This document shows positions 38,008 to 45,712 of a stretch of DNA of 64,000 nucleotides, piece after piece. A program made the position numbers and the translations under genes. The notes below the pieces were generated by a model. That model did no database searches and was not told the DNA's origin. It saw only the letters and a program-made list of their open reading frames with translations. The stretch lies in the NCBI GenBank assembly GCA_964619955.1, contig CAZUJF010000002.1, forward strand, positions 8,155 to 72,154, in the 5' to 3' direction. Source of the stretch: an uncultured Planctomycetales bacterium. GTDB lineage: Bacteria > Planctomycetota > MHYJ01 > JACPRB01. How positions within the stretch are numbered: the stretch's first letter is position 1; each line of letters opens with the position of its first letter.

Positions 38008-39642
38008 CTATCGCAGGGGAAGCGGGATTTGAAACGAAAGCGCCGAGAGGCCCCGCAGGACGCCCGCCGAGGGCCTCACGGCGACTTCCAGCGCCGGGGG
38101 ATTGCCGGAAGCGGCGACGGCCGTGGTCGTGAAGAGCGGGGCGCCGCCCTCCGACAGGCCCAGCAGGTCGAGCGCGGCCTGGACCGTGCGGGCGATCTCC
38201 TCCGGGCTGCGGGACGGATCGAGGTAGGCCAGAAGCGGCTCGAGGCCCGCCGACACCTGGGCGGCGAACAGGGTCTGGCGGAAGGACGCGCCGGGGCCGC
38301 GGTGGGCCGAGAGGGAGCCCGCGGCGAAGACGCGGTCCGAGTTCCGCCGGCAGGCGAGCGGCAGCAGTCCCGCGTCCGAAAGCGTCTGGACCGCGGCGTC
38401 GTTCAGTTCCGCCTGCAGCGGCAGGGATCCGGCGAGCGGGAGCGGCTCGAGCGCGGCGGCGGCGTCGCGGCCCGCGAAGTCGACGCCCCATCCGTGGCGG
38501 ACGAAGCTGGCGGCGACGAGCGCCGCGACCGCCAGCGAAGCGCCGCCGAGGGACGGATTTCCGGCCCCTTCCTCGAAGGCGAGGCCGCGGACGGGATCGC
38601 CTTCGGCGCCGTAGGGATTGCGGAGGACGAAGCGGTTGCTCGCGAGCGCGAGCCAGCGGGAGGCTTCACCCTCGCGAAGCGAATTCCAGGCGGCCTGCGA
38701 AACGTCCCCGAGCCGGGAGGCGGCCTCGCGGATGGCGGCCTCGACGGCTCCGCCCGCGATGAGCGGGGTCGAGCGTCCGGCGCAGGCGGCCGCCAGCGTC
38801 GCGAGGTCCGCTTCGCCGCCGTCGAAGTCCGCGTCGACGACGAGACAGACCGTCTTCCCCTGGCTGCGGAGGTCCGCGGCGAGCGGCAGGGCCAGGTCGC
38901 GCGTCGAGCGGACGAGGTCGGCGCGATCCGTCGCGACGACGTGCAGCCGGCAGCCTTTTCGGAAATCCAGGGTCCGCACCAGCCAGCGCAATCCCAGCCA
39001 CGCGGCCTCGAGGGCGCGGAAGCGCGGATGACGGAGCGTCGCGAGCAGCAGCGGGGCGACGGCTTCGTCCGCTTTCGCCGCCGCGGCGCGGAGGGCGGCG
39101 GGCAGGGGTCCGGAGGAAGCCGTCCCGAGCACGGCGGCGATCAGGCGTTCCGCGGCCTTCTCGGCGAGGACGGGCGTGGGATCCTGCGGGGCCCCGTCGT
39201 CCACGAGATCGAAGACGCCCCCCCGGGGAACGGGGGCGGCGGGCGCGGCCGGGGCGGGCTTCGGGGCGGCGGGGGCGCCGTGCAGCGCCTCGTCCAGGGC
39301 GCGGACCAGGCCGGGATAACCGTTCAGCGACGCGAGCGCGCCGCGGAGGGATTCCGCGGAACCGTTTCCGGCGGCGAGATCGAGGGCCTGCTGTTTGATC
39401 TGCAGCAGGGCGGCCAGGGCCGGGAGCCGGGCGGCGAGGCGTTCAGGGCGGAAGTCCCTGAACTCGGCGAATTCGAGGCGGGCCCGGCCGCCGGCGAGGT
39501 CCAGATCGATCGCGGGCGCCGCCTCCCGGAGAAAAGCGTCGAGGGAATCCTTGTCGAGCTCGCGGGCGCCCGTCGCGGGGGGCCTTCCGGGCCGGAGATC
39601 CGAGAGCAGGATGAGATGCAGGGACGGCTCCGTCGCTTCCAT
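38008..39642 (-). CDS. fused TssB-TssC-like contractile-sheath paralog (545 aa)
   Basis: N-terminal SLHLILLSDLRPGR...RELDKDSLDAFLREAAP...LEFAEFRDFRPERLAARLPALAALLQ parallels TssB LPFKMLVMGDFTGR...KPVNIDKDNFNDVMRSM...LKFETLKDMEPEAVAKQIPELQKLLE. It is followed by the TssC-like motifs FRALEAAWLGLRWLVRTLDF and SNRFVLRNPYG. Start set at the internal Met MEATEPS. Confidence 0.7.
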   Translation of the reverse strand: MEATEPSLHLILLSDLRPGRPPATGARELDKDSLDAFLREAAPAIDLDLAGGRARLEFAEFRDFRPERLAARLPALAALLQIKQQALDLAAGNGSAESLRGALASLNGYPGLVRALDEALHGAPAAPKPAPAAPAAPVPRGGVFDLVDDGAPQDPTPVLAEKAAERLIAAVLGTASSGPLPAALRAAAAKADEAVAPLLLATLRHPRFRALEAAWLGLRWLVRTLDFRKGCRLHVVATDRADLVRSTRDLALPLAADLRSQGKTVCLVVDADFDGGEADLATLAAACAGRSTPLIAGGAVEAAIREAASRLGDVSQAAWNSLREGEASRWLALASNRFVLRNPYGAEGDPVRGLAFEEGAGNPSLGGASLAVAALVAASFVRHGWGVDFAGRDAAAALEPLPLAGSLPLQAELNDAAVQTLSDAGLLPLACRRNSDRVFAAGSLSAHRGPGASFRQTLFAAQVSAGLEPLLAYLDPSRSPEEIARTVQAALDLLGLSEGGAPLFTTTAVAASGNPPALEVAVRPSAGVLRGLSALSFQIPLPLR

Positions 39643-39736
39643 GTCGCAACTCCGTGTCGAACCGACCACAGTGCAGCGTGTGGGAAGGGGGGAGTCAAGC
39701 AAAAGGACCGGCGTGTCGCAAAGGCGCGGATGCCTG

Positions 39737-39766
39737 TTTGACACTTCTCGGGGGGACGGGTTAAGA
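39737..39766 (+). promoter_or_regulatory. sigma-70-like promoter candidate TTGACA-N18-TAAGAT in the divergent intergenic region
   Basis: Read from the sequence. It would place the transcription start ~8 nt before the annotated ATG at 39782, implying a near-leaderless mRNA. Confidence 0.25.
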
Positions 39767-39781
39767 TTGTCCGCTCATTCT

Positions 39782-41941
39782 ATGGGTTTGCCCCTACGTC
39801 CCGATGACGCTTCCCGTACGCCCCTTCTCGGGCGTCCCGGCGACCCCCTGAGATTCGAGCTGGATCTCCAGGAGGGGGTCGCGCTGGAGTCCTGCGAAGA
39901 CCCCTTCGTGGCGCTGGGCGATTCCGGGCGGCTGGCGCGCGTGGTGCTCGGACGCCTCGTGTCGGGCGAAGGCACCCTCCTCAAGCCCCTGGCCGTGAAG
40001 CTCCAGCGCAGCTATTACCGTCCGCTGGCCGGCGGGGCGGGCAAGGATCCGCTGACGAATCCGATGATCGAGGAGCGCTGGCGCCGGGAGCGCGAGGCGC
40101 TGGCGAAATGCGCGGGCGGCTCGCTGGTGCCGCTGATCGACCTGGGACCGGCGGGTTTCTCGAGCCGTCCGGTGACGTTCTGCAAGAAGACCCGGGCCTA
40201 CTTTCATCCCCCCTGCCCGCGCTGCGGGGCGCTGCTGGAGGACTGCCGCGACGACGGGCTGCTGCACGAGCACGGCCTGCCCGAATATTCGCGGAGCGCG
40301 ACGCGGTATCTCTACTGCAAGGCCTGCGCTTCCTTCGAGGAGGCGGGCCTGGGCCTGCGGATCTTCTACACGACCGCGCCCGCCGGCGAGGATGCGCCCA
40401 AGGGCGACGCGAACGTGCGGCGCCGCGGCGAGCTCTACCGGGACCTGGGCGCGCTCGTGAACGCCTCGCGGACGGACGAGGAGCGCGCGGCGCTGAGCCG
40501 CAGCTTCCCCTGCGCCGGGTGCCCCCACCGCGAGACGTGTTTTCCCCTGCCCGGCGAGGCGCCGGCGGGCAAGGCGGTCCCCGCCGAGGGCCTGCTCTTC
40601 CCCGTCTCCTACTACGACTTCCACCTCCTGGCGTTCGAGGTGATGGAGCTCCATCTCGACGAGTTCGGGGATCTCCTGGGCGGCGCCTCCTGGGCGGCGC
40701 TCCGGGACCGGGTGCGGCAGGCGGGCAGCGCGGGCCGCGAACGGACCCTGCAGGCCGTGGACGCGCATTACACCGGCCCCGTCCAGTGGCTCTACCAGGA
40801 CGACACGATCGAGCGCTTCGCCCTCGAGGTGCTGCATCTCAAGCTGGCGCTCTTCTCGCAGCTGTGCCGCGGGGTGCGCGAGTACCACGAGAAGGTCCGG
40901 GAGCCGCATCTGCACCTGTCGCCCTCGCAGGTGATGGTGGACGTGCTGCCGGGGGCGACGAATCTTCCCGCCCGCTGGAGCTTCCAGGTCCGGCTGATCG
41001 GCGCCTCGGGGCCGCACCGTTTCGAGCCCCAGGGGCTGCGCGCGGGGCTGCCGGTCCCCGCGCCGGATGCGGACAAGATCTTCCTCTCGCCGTTCGTGCG
41101 CGGCGCGGAGTTCGGGCGCGAGGAGTCGCTGCGCGTCTCGATCCGGTCCCTGCAGCCCGAGGGGGACCAGCTCAAGGTCGAAGGCGTCGCCTCCTCGGAG
41201 CGCGCGCGCCTGGAGACCTGGCAGCCCGGGGACGTGATCCGCGTGGTTCCCACCGGCGGCGCGCTCGAAGGGACGACGCTCTGGGGGACCCTGGAGTGGC
41301 GCGAGGACCAGGGCGTGAAGTTCAGCGCCCTCGTGCCCGCGGGCGCCGTGCCGGATCCCGCGCGGAAGCCGGCGGATTTCGACGCGGGGGTGGCCTGCTT
41401 CCCCCGCTTCGGGGTGGCCTGCGACCTCTATTCGCTCGGACTGCTCCTCTTCCGGTCGCTGCTCGTGAACGACCAGACGACGCTCATCGAGGCCGACGCG
41501 GCGCTGCAGCGCGTGCTGCGCCGGGTGTCGGTCTGGAGCGAAGGCAAGCGGTCGCCCGCCGCCGCGCGCGTGGCGTCGGAGCTGCTGGCGCAGATCGGGC
41601 AGGAACCGGACGTGTTCCAGCCCGGGGCGCTGCTCCACTCGGAGGACGACCGCAACGAGGCCGCGAAGGCGCTGCCGCCGAGACTGTGGTCGGACCTGCT
41701 CCTTTTCGGATTCAAGCTCACGACCTCCATCCCGGGGTTCAGCTTCGCGACGGGGCACGCCGACAGCGTCCCGGACCATCCGGAGGGGCTGATGGACGCC
41801 GTGCGGGCCGAGCTTTCGCAGCTCGAGGCGCGGGTGCGGATCGAGCTCTTCGCCCGCGCCGAGCGGGACCGGGAGATCGGCGAGGTCTGCGACGAGCTGC
41901 TGGCCGAGCTTTCGGGCCCGCCCAAGGCGGGTGCTCCGTGA
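39782..41941 (+). CDS. cytoplasmic protein-kinase-fold protein with degenerate catalytic motifs (pseudokinase-like) and Cys-cluster zinc-ribbon insertions
   Basis: N-lobe-like LGDSGRLARV (G-loop-like) and PLAVKL (beta3 Lys). The catalytic-loop position reads REYHEKVREPHLHLSPSQVMVD (compare HRDLKPENILLD). The DFG position reads VRLIGASGP. The subdomain-IX-like segment is ACDLYSLGLLLFRSL (compare DIWSLGVILYELL). Inserted zinc-ribbon Cys clusters: CPRCG...YCKAC and CAGCPHRETC. Confidence 0.55.
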   Translation: MGLPLRPDDASRTPLLGRPGDPLRFELDLQEGVALESCEDPFVALGDSGRLARVVLGRLVSGEGTLLKPLAVKLQRSYYRPLAGGAGKDPLTNPMIEERWRREREALAKCAGGSLVPLIDLGPAGFSSRPVTFCKKTRAYFHPPCPRCGALLEDCRDDGLLHEHGLPEYSRSATRYLYCKACASFEEAGLGLRIFYTTAPAGEDAPKGDANVRRRGELYRDLGALVNASRTDEERAALSRSFPCAGCPHRETCFPLPGEAPAGKAVPAEGLLFPVSYYDFHLLAFEVMELHLDEFGDLLGGASWAALRDRVRQAGSAGRERTLQAVDAHYTGPVQWLYQDDTIERFALEVLHLKLALFSQLCRGVREYHEKVREPHLHLSPSQVMVDVLPGATNLPARWSFQVRLIGASGPHRFEPQGLRAGLPVPAPDADKIFLSPFVRGAEFGREESLRVSIRSLQPEGDQLKVEGVASSERARLETWQPGDVIRVVPTGGALEGTTLWGTLEWREDQGVKFSALVPAGAVPDPARKPADFDAGVACFPRFGVACDLYSLGLLLFRSLLVNDQTTLIEADAALQRVLRRVSVWSEGKRSPAAARVASELLAQIGQEPDVFQPGALLHSEDDRNEAAKALPPRLWSDLLLFGFKLTTSIPGFSFATGHADSVPDHPEGLMDAVRAELSQLEARVRIELFARAERDREIGEVCDELLAELSGPPKAGAP

Positions 41942-43194
41942 GCGCCTTCAAGCTGGTGGTCACGATGTCCGCGAGCGGGGACGCCGTCCTGTCCGAGCAC
42001 CCGGGGGACAAGGGGCTGCTGACCGTCGGCCGTTCGGCGGGCAACGACATCGTGCTGCCGGATCCGGAGAAGCGGGTCTCGAGCCGGCACGCGCGGGTGG
42101 AGCGCGTCGGCCACGCCTGGAACCTGCAGGACCTGGGCAGCACGAACGGGACCTTCCTGAACGACCGGAAGCTGGAGCCCAACGTCCCCGCGGCGCTGCA
42201 GAACGGGGACCGGATCGGGGTGGGGCTGTACCAGCTGCGGGTTTCGTTCGAACAGGCGCCGCTCGAGGACCAGACCCTGGTGGTCGTGGATCCCGCGCGG
42301 CTCCTCTCCCAGCTCGTGGACGAGCTGCCGGTGCTGTATGCGCGGCTGGCCGCGGAGAACCCCGAGGCGCGGAAGGAATCGCTGCGCCGGACGATCCGCT
42401 CGGCGGCCTCCTCGGCCGGGCCGGAACAGGCGCGCTCGATCGTCAACCAGCTGCGCTCCCGCTTCCTCTCGAAGGGCGCCGCCGAACCCGGCGGAACGAC
42501 GATGATCCGCCGCAGGGACCAGGAGGTCCAGCAGCGGGAGGCCTCCCACCAGGCGGGGGCCAAGGCGATGGCGGAGCTCGCCCAGAAATTCGCGGGCGAC
42601 GGGGGTCTGCAGACCGCCGCGCAGGTGGAGACCTTCGCCGGCATGCTGGGGAGCCTGGTGGAGCTCACGATGGAATGGCTCTCCAAGAGCCTCAAGGGCC
42701 GGCGCGAATTCGAGGTGCAGTTCAGCGCGGACCTCTCGATGATCTTCTCCAAGGAGAAGAATCCGCTGAAGGGCGGCGGCGGCCCGCAGGAGCTGGCGAA
42801 GTACCTGCTCGACTGGCGGAACACCAAGGATCCGAAGACCGTGCGGAAGGCGCTGGACGACGCGTTCAAGGACCTGACGATGCACCAGCTGGGGCTGCTG
42901 GCCGGGGTGCAGGAGTCGCTGTCCGCCGTGCTGGCCCGGATCGATCCCAAGGTGGTCGAGCGGGAGGCGAAGGAGAAGGGCGGCGGCGGGATGTTCGCCA
43001 GCGCGGAGAAGCGCGCGTGGAAGCATTACGCGGACGTCTTCGTGGAGATTTTTTCCGAGAACAGCAAGCTGTTCAACGAGCTGATCTATCCGAACGTGCG
43101 GAAGGGCTATCTGACGCTGCATTCGGAGGAGGGCCAGCCGGGGATCGTCGAAAAGCTGCCCTCGACCAAGGGCGGCGGCCCCGTCACCCTGTAG
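41938..43194 (+). CDS. fha: T6SS-associated FHA-domain protein (Fha/TagH-like)
   Basis: GTG start overlapping the upstream stop (GTGA). N-terminal FHA domain LTVGRSAGNDIVLPDPEKRVSSRHARVER...LQDLGSTNGTFLN...GDRIGVG. Confidence 0.8.
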   Translation: MSAFKLVVTMSASGDAVLSEHPGDKGLLTVGRSAGNDIVLPDPEKRVSSRHARVERVGHAWNLQDLGSTNGTFLNDRKLEPNVPAALQNGDRIGVGLYQLRVSFEQAPLEDQTLVVVDPARLLSQLVDELPVLYARLAAENPEARKESLRRTIRSAASSAGPEQARSIVNQLRSRFLSKGAAEPGGTTMIRRRDQEVQQREASHQAGAKAMAELAQKFAGDGGLQTAAQVETFAGMLGSLVELTMEWLSKSLKGRREFEVQFSADLSMIFSKEKNPLKGGGGPQELAKYLLDWRNTKDPKTVRKALDDAFKDLTMHQLGLLAGVQESLSAVLARIDPKVVEREAKEKGGGGMFASAEKRAWKHYADVFVEIFSENSKLFNELIYPNVRKGYLTLHSEEGQPGIVEKLPSTKGGGPVTL

Positions 43195-43221
43195 GCCGGA
43201 GTGCAAGGAGGAGGAACCGTG

Positions 43222-43665
43222 ATGAAGGCGACGCGAGTCTGGGTGCTGCTGCTGCCGCTGCTGGCGGCCTGCGGCGGCCCGGTGGGGCTGTACGTCCGCG
43301 GCGTCAAGCCGCTGAACGAGAACGACCGCAAGGAGTCGACCCCGGTCGACATCCGCATCTACCAGCTCAAGGACGAGGCGCGCTTCACGAACGCCACGGT
43401 CGAGGACCTCTGGACCAAGGCGCGCGAGGTCCTGGGCGAGGATTACATCGCGCTGAAGCAGGTCACGGTCTTCCCGGGATCCGCGGAGGACAAGGAGGTC
43501 CGGCACGAGCTGGGCGAGCTGCCGGAGTCGGTGCGCTTCATCGGCACGCTGGCGCTCTTCCCCAAGGACGACGGAAAGGGGCCGCGCAAGCTGGCCCTCC
43601 CCCGCAAGGAGGCGAACGGGCGGGTGCTCCGCTTCACGGGCAGCCACATCGAACTCGAACCTTAG
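43222..43665 (+). CDS. tssJ: T6SS outer-membrane lipoprotein TssJ
   Basis: Lipobox LLAACGG, VDIRIYQLKD motif, ~148 aa, located just before tssK. Confidence 0.75.
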   Translation: MKATRVWVLLLPLLAACGGPVGLYVRGVKPLNENDRKESTPVDIRIYQLKDEARFTNATVEDLWTKAREVLGEDYIALKQVTVFPGSAEDKEVRHELGELPESVRFIGTLALFPKDDGKGPRKLALPRKEANGRVLRFTGSHIELEP

Positions 43666-43674
43666 GAGCCGCGC

Positions 43675-45024
43675 GTGGATTTTGCGCAGAAAGTCCTGTG
43701 GTCGGAGGGGATGTTCCTCACCCCCCACCACTTCCAGCAGTCGGAGCGTCATCTGGAGCACCTGCTCCAGCGGCGTTTCGCGGCGGTCCGGCCCCTGGGC
43801 TGGGGCGTCTGCCGTCTCCAGATCAATCCGGAGGCGCTGGCGAACGGCGAGCTGATGCTGTCGCGGGTGCAGGCGCTGCTCCCCGACGGGCTCTCGGTGG
43901 ACGCGCCCGACTACGACGCGCTCCCCCCGGCGCGCGCCATCGAGGCCTGCTTCGACGCCAAGAAGACCGTGCTCGGCGTCTACCTCGCCTCCCCGCTGGT
44001 GCGGCCCGGCCAGGCGGCCTCGGGCCCCGACGGGGCGGCCGGCGGCCGCCCCGTGCGCTACCGGCGCCGCCAGGTCACGGTGGCGGACGACGCGGGCGGC
44101 GGCGAGCGCGAGATCGAGGTGGCGGCGAAGAGCCTGCGCATCCTCTTCGAGGGCGAGCCGCGCGACGATTACAGCTCCCTCAAGATCGCCGAGCTGGGGC
44201 GCAGCGCCTCGGGGAAATACGTCCTGTCCGAGACCTTCGTGCCCCCCTGCCTCTTCCTCTCGGCGTCCGCGCCGCTGGCGGCGACGCTGCGCCGGGTGCT
44301 GGAGATCATCTCCGCGAAAAGCTCGGAGCTGTCGGCGCAGCGGCGCCAGCGCGCCACGGGGCTGGTGGAATTCACGATGTCCGAGGCGGCCAACTTCTGG
44401 TTCCTCCACACGGTGAACGCCTTCATCCCGGTGCTGATGCACTACCACCAGAACCCGGACGTGCACCCCGAGGGGCCCTTCCTCGCGCTCGCGCGCCTGG
44501 CGGGCGAGCTCTTCACGTTCGCCGGGGACGGCCATCCGAAGGACCTGCCGTCCTACGACCACGATTCGCCCGGGGCCTCGTTCACGGGGATCGAGAAGCG
44601 CATCAGCGACCTGATGATCACGGTCATCCCGACGCGCTGCACGCCCGTCCCGCTCGAGCGGGTCCGCGACGCGCTGTTCACCGCGCGTCTGCGGGACGAC
44701 CGGCTCGTCGAGGGCGGCGGGCTCTATCTCGCCGTCATGTCGGAGGTGCCGGAGGACAAGATCATCCGCGAGGTGCCGATGAAGGCGAAGGTGAGCGCCT
44801 CGGACCGCGTGGACCAGCTCATCGCGGCGGCCCTGAGGGGCCTGCCCCTGAAGCACCTGCCCACGCCGCCCGCGGAGATCCCGGTGCAGCCGGGCCGGCA
44901 GTATTTCCAGGTGGAGAAGACCGGCGAGCACTGGGAGGCGGTGCGCAAGTCCCGCTCGATCTCGTTCTACATCCCCCCGGAGTTCAAGGGGCTCAAGCTC
45001 GAATTGATGGCGGTGAAGGAATAA
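43675..45024 (+). CDS. tssK: T6SS baseplate subunit TssK
   Basis: N-terminal KVLWSEGMFLTPHHFQQSERH hallmark. GTG start. Confidence 0.9.
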   Translation: MDFAQKVLWSEGMFLTPHHFQQSERHLEHLLQRRFAAVRPLGWGVCRLQINPEALANGELMLSRVQALLPDGLSVDAPDYDALPPARAIEACFDAKKTVLGVYLASPLVRPGQAASGPDGAAGGRPVRYRRRQVTVADDAGGGEREIEVAAKSLRILFEGEPRDDYSSLKIAELGRSASGKYVLSETFVPPCLFLSASAPLAATLRRVLEIISAKSSELSAQRRQRATGLVEFTMSEAANFWFLHTVNAFIPVLMHYHQNPDVHPEGPFLALARLAGELFTFAGDGHPKDLPSYDHDSPGASFTGIEKRISDLMITVIPTRCTPVPLERVRDALFTARLRDDRLVEGGGLYLAVMSEVPEDKIIREVPMKAKVSASDRVDQLIAAALRGLPLKHLPTPPAEIPVQPGRQYFQVEKTGEHWEAVRKSRSISFYIPPEFKGLKLELMAVKE

Positions 45025-45027
45025 GAC

Positions 45028-45699
45028 ATGGCGGAAACGACGACCCCGGCGGCGCCCGCGCTGGCCGACCTGTGCTCGGAGCTGCTGGCGTTCACGCTGC
45101 AGCTCCGGAAGTCCCCGGATCCGGGCGACGCGGACGTGCTGCGCCAGAAGATCGACGAGCTGTTCCGCGCGCTGGAGGTGAAGGCGCGGCAGGCGGACAT
45201 CCCCGCGGAGGACGTGCTGCAGGCGAAGTACGCGATCGCCGCCTTCGTGGACGAGATCGTGCTGAGCTCGTCCTGGCCGGCGAAGGAATCCTGGGGCGAC
45301 CGGCCCCTGCAGCTGGCCTATTTCAACGACTTCGCGGCGGGCGAGGAGTTCTACAACCGCATCGACGCGCTGCGCGGGGCGAAGAAGAACGCGGTGCTCG
45401 AGGTCTATTACCTGTGCCTGACGCTGGGGTTCCGCGGGAAGTACGTGGATCTCCAGGGCATGGAGAAGAAGAAGGTCCTGATGGACACGCTGCTGCGGGA
45501 GGTGCGTCCGCCGCAGCCCGCCGGGGCCGGGGGGCTCTCCCCCGCCTGGCAGGCGTCGGACACGGTCGCGGGCCTGACCCGAGGCCTGCCCGCGTGGTTC
45601 GTGGCGGTCGCCTGCACGTTCGGCGTGGTGGTGCTCTTCGTCCTCCTCTCCAGCCTGCTGGGCTGGACGGTCGACGGCGTTTTGCAACAGCTCAAATAA
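45028..45699 (+). CDS. tssL: T6SS membrane subunit TssL (DotU family)
   Basis: DotU-like region YAIAAFVDEIVL...EVYYLCLTLGFRGKY and a C-terminal TM helix. Confidence 0.85.
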   Translation: MAETTTPAAPALADLCSELLAFTLQLRKSPDPGDADVLRQKIDELFRALEVKARQADIPAEDVLQAKYAIAAFVDEIVLSSSWPAKESWGDRPLQLAYFNDFAAGEEFYNRIDALRGAKKNAVLEVYYLCLTLGFRGKYVDLQGMEKKKVLMDTLLREVRPPQPAGAGGLSPAWQASDTVAGLTRGLPAWFVAVACTFGVVVLFVLLSSLLGWTVDGVLQQLK

Positions 45700-45712
45700 G
45701 GGAGCCGGTCTG

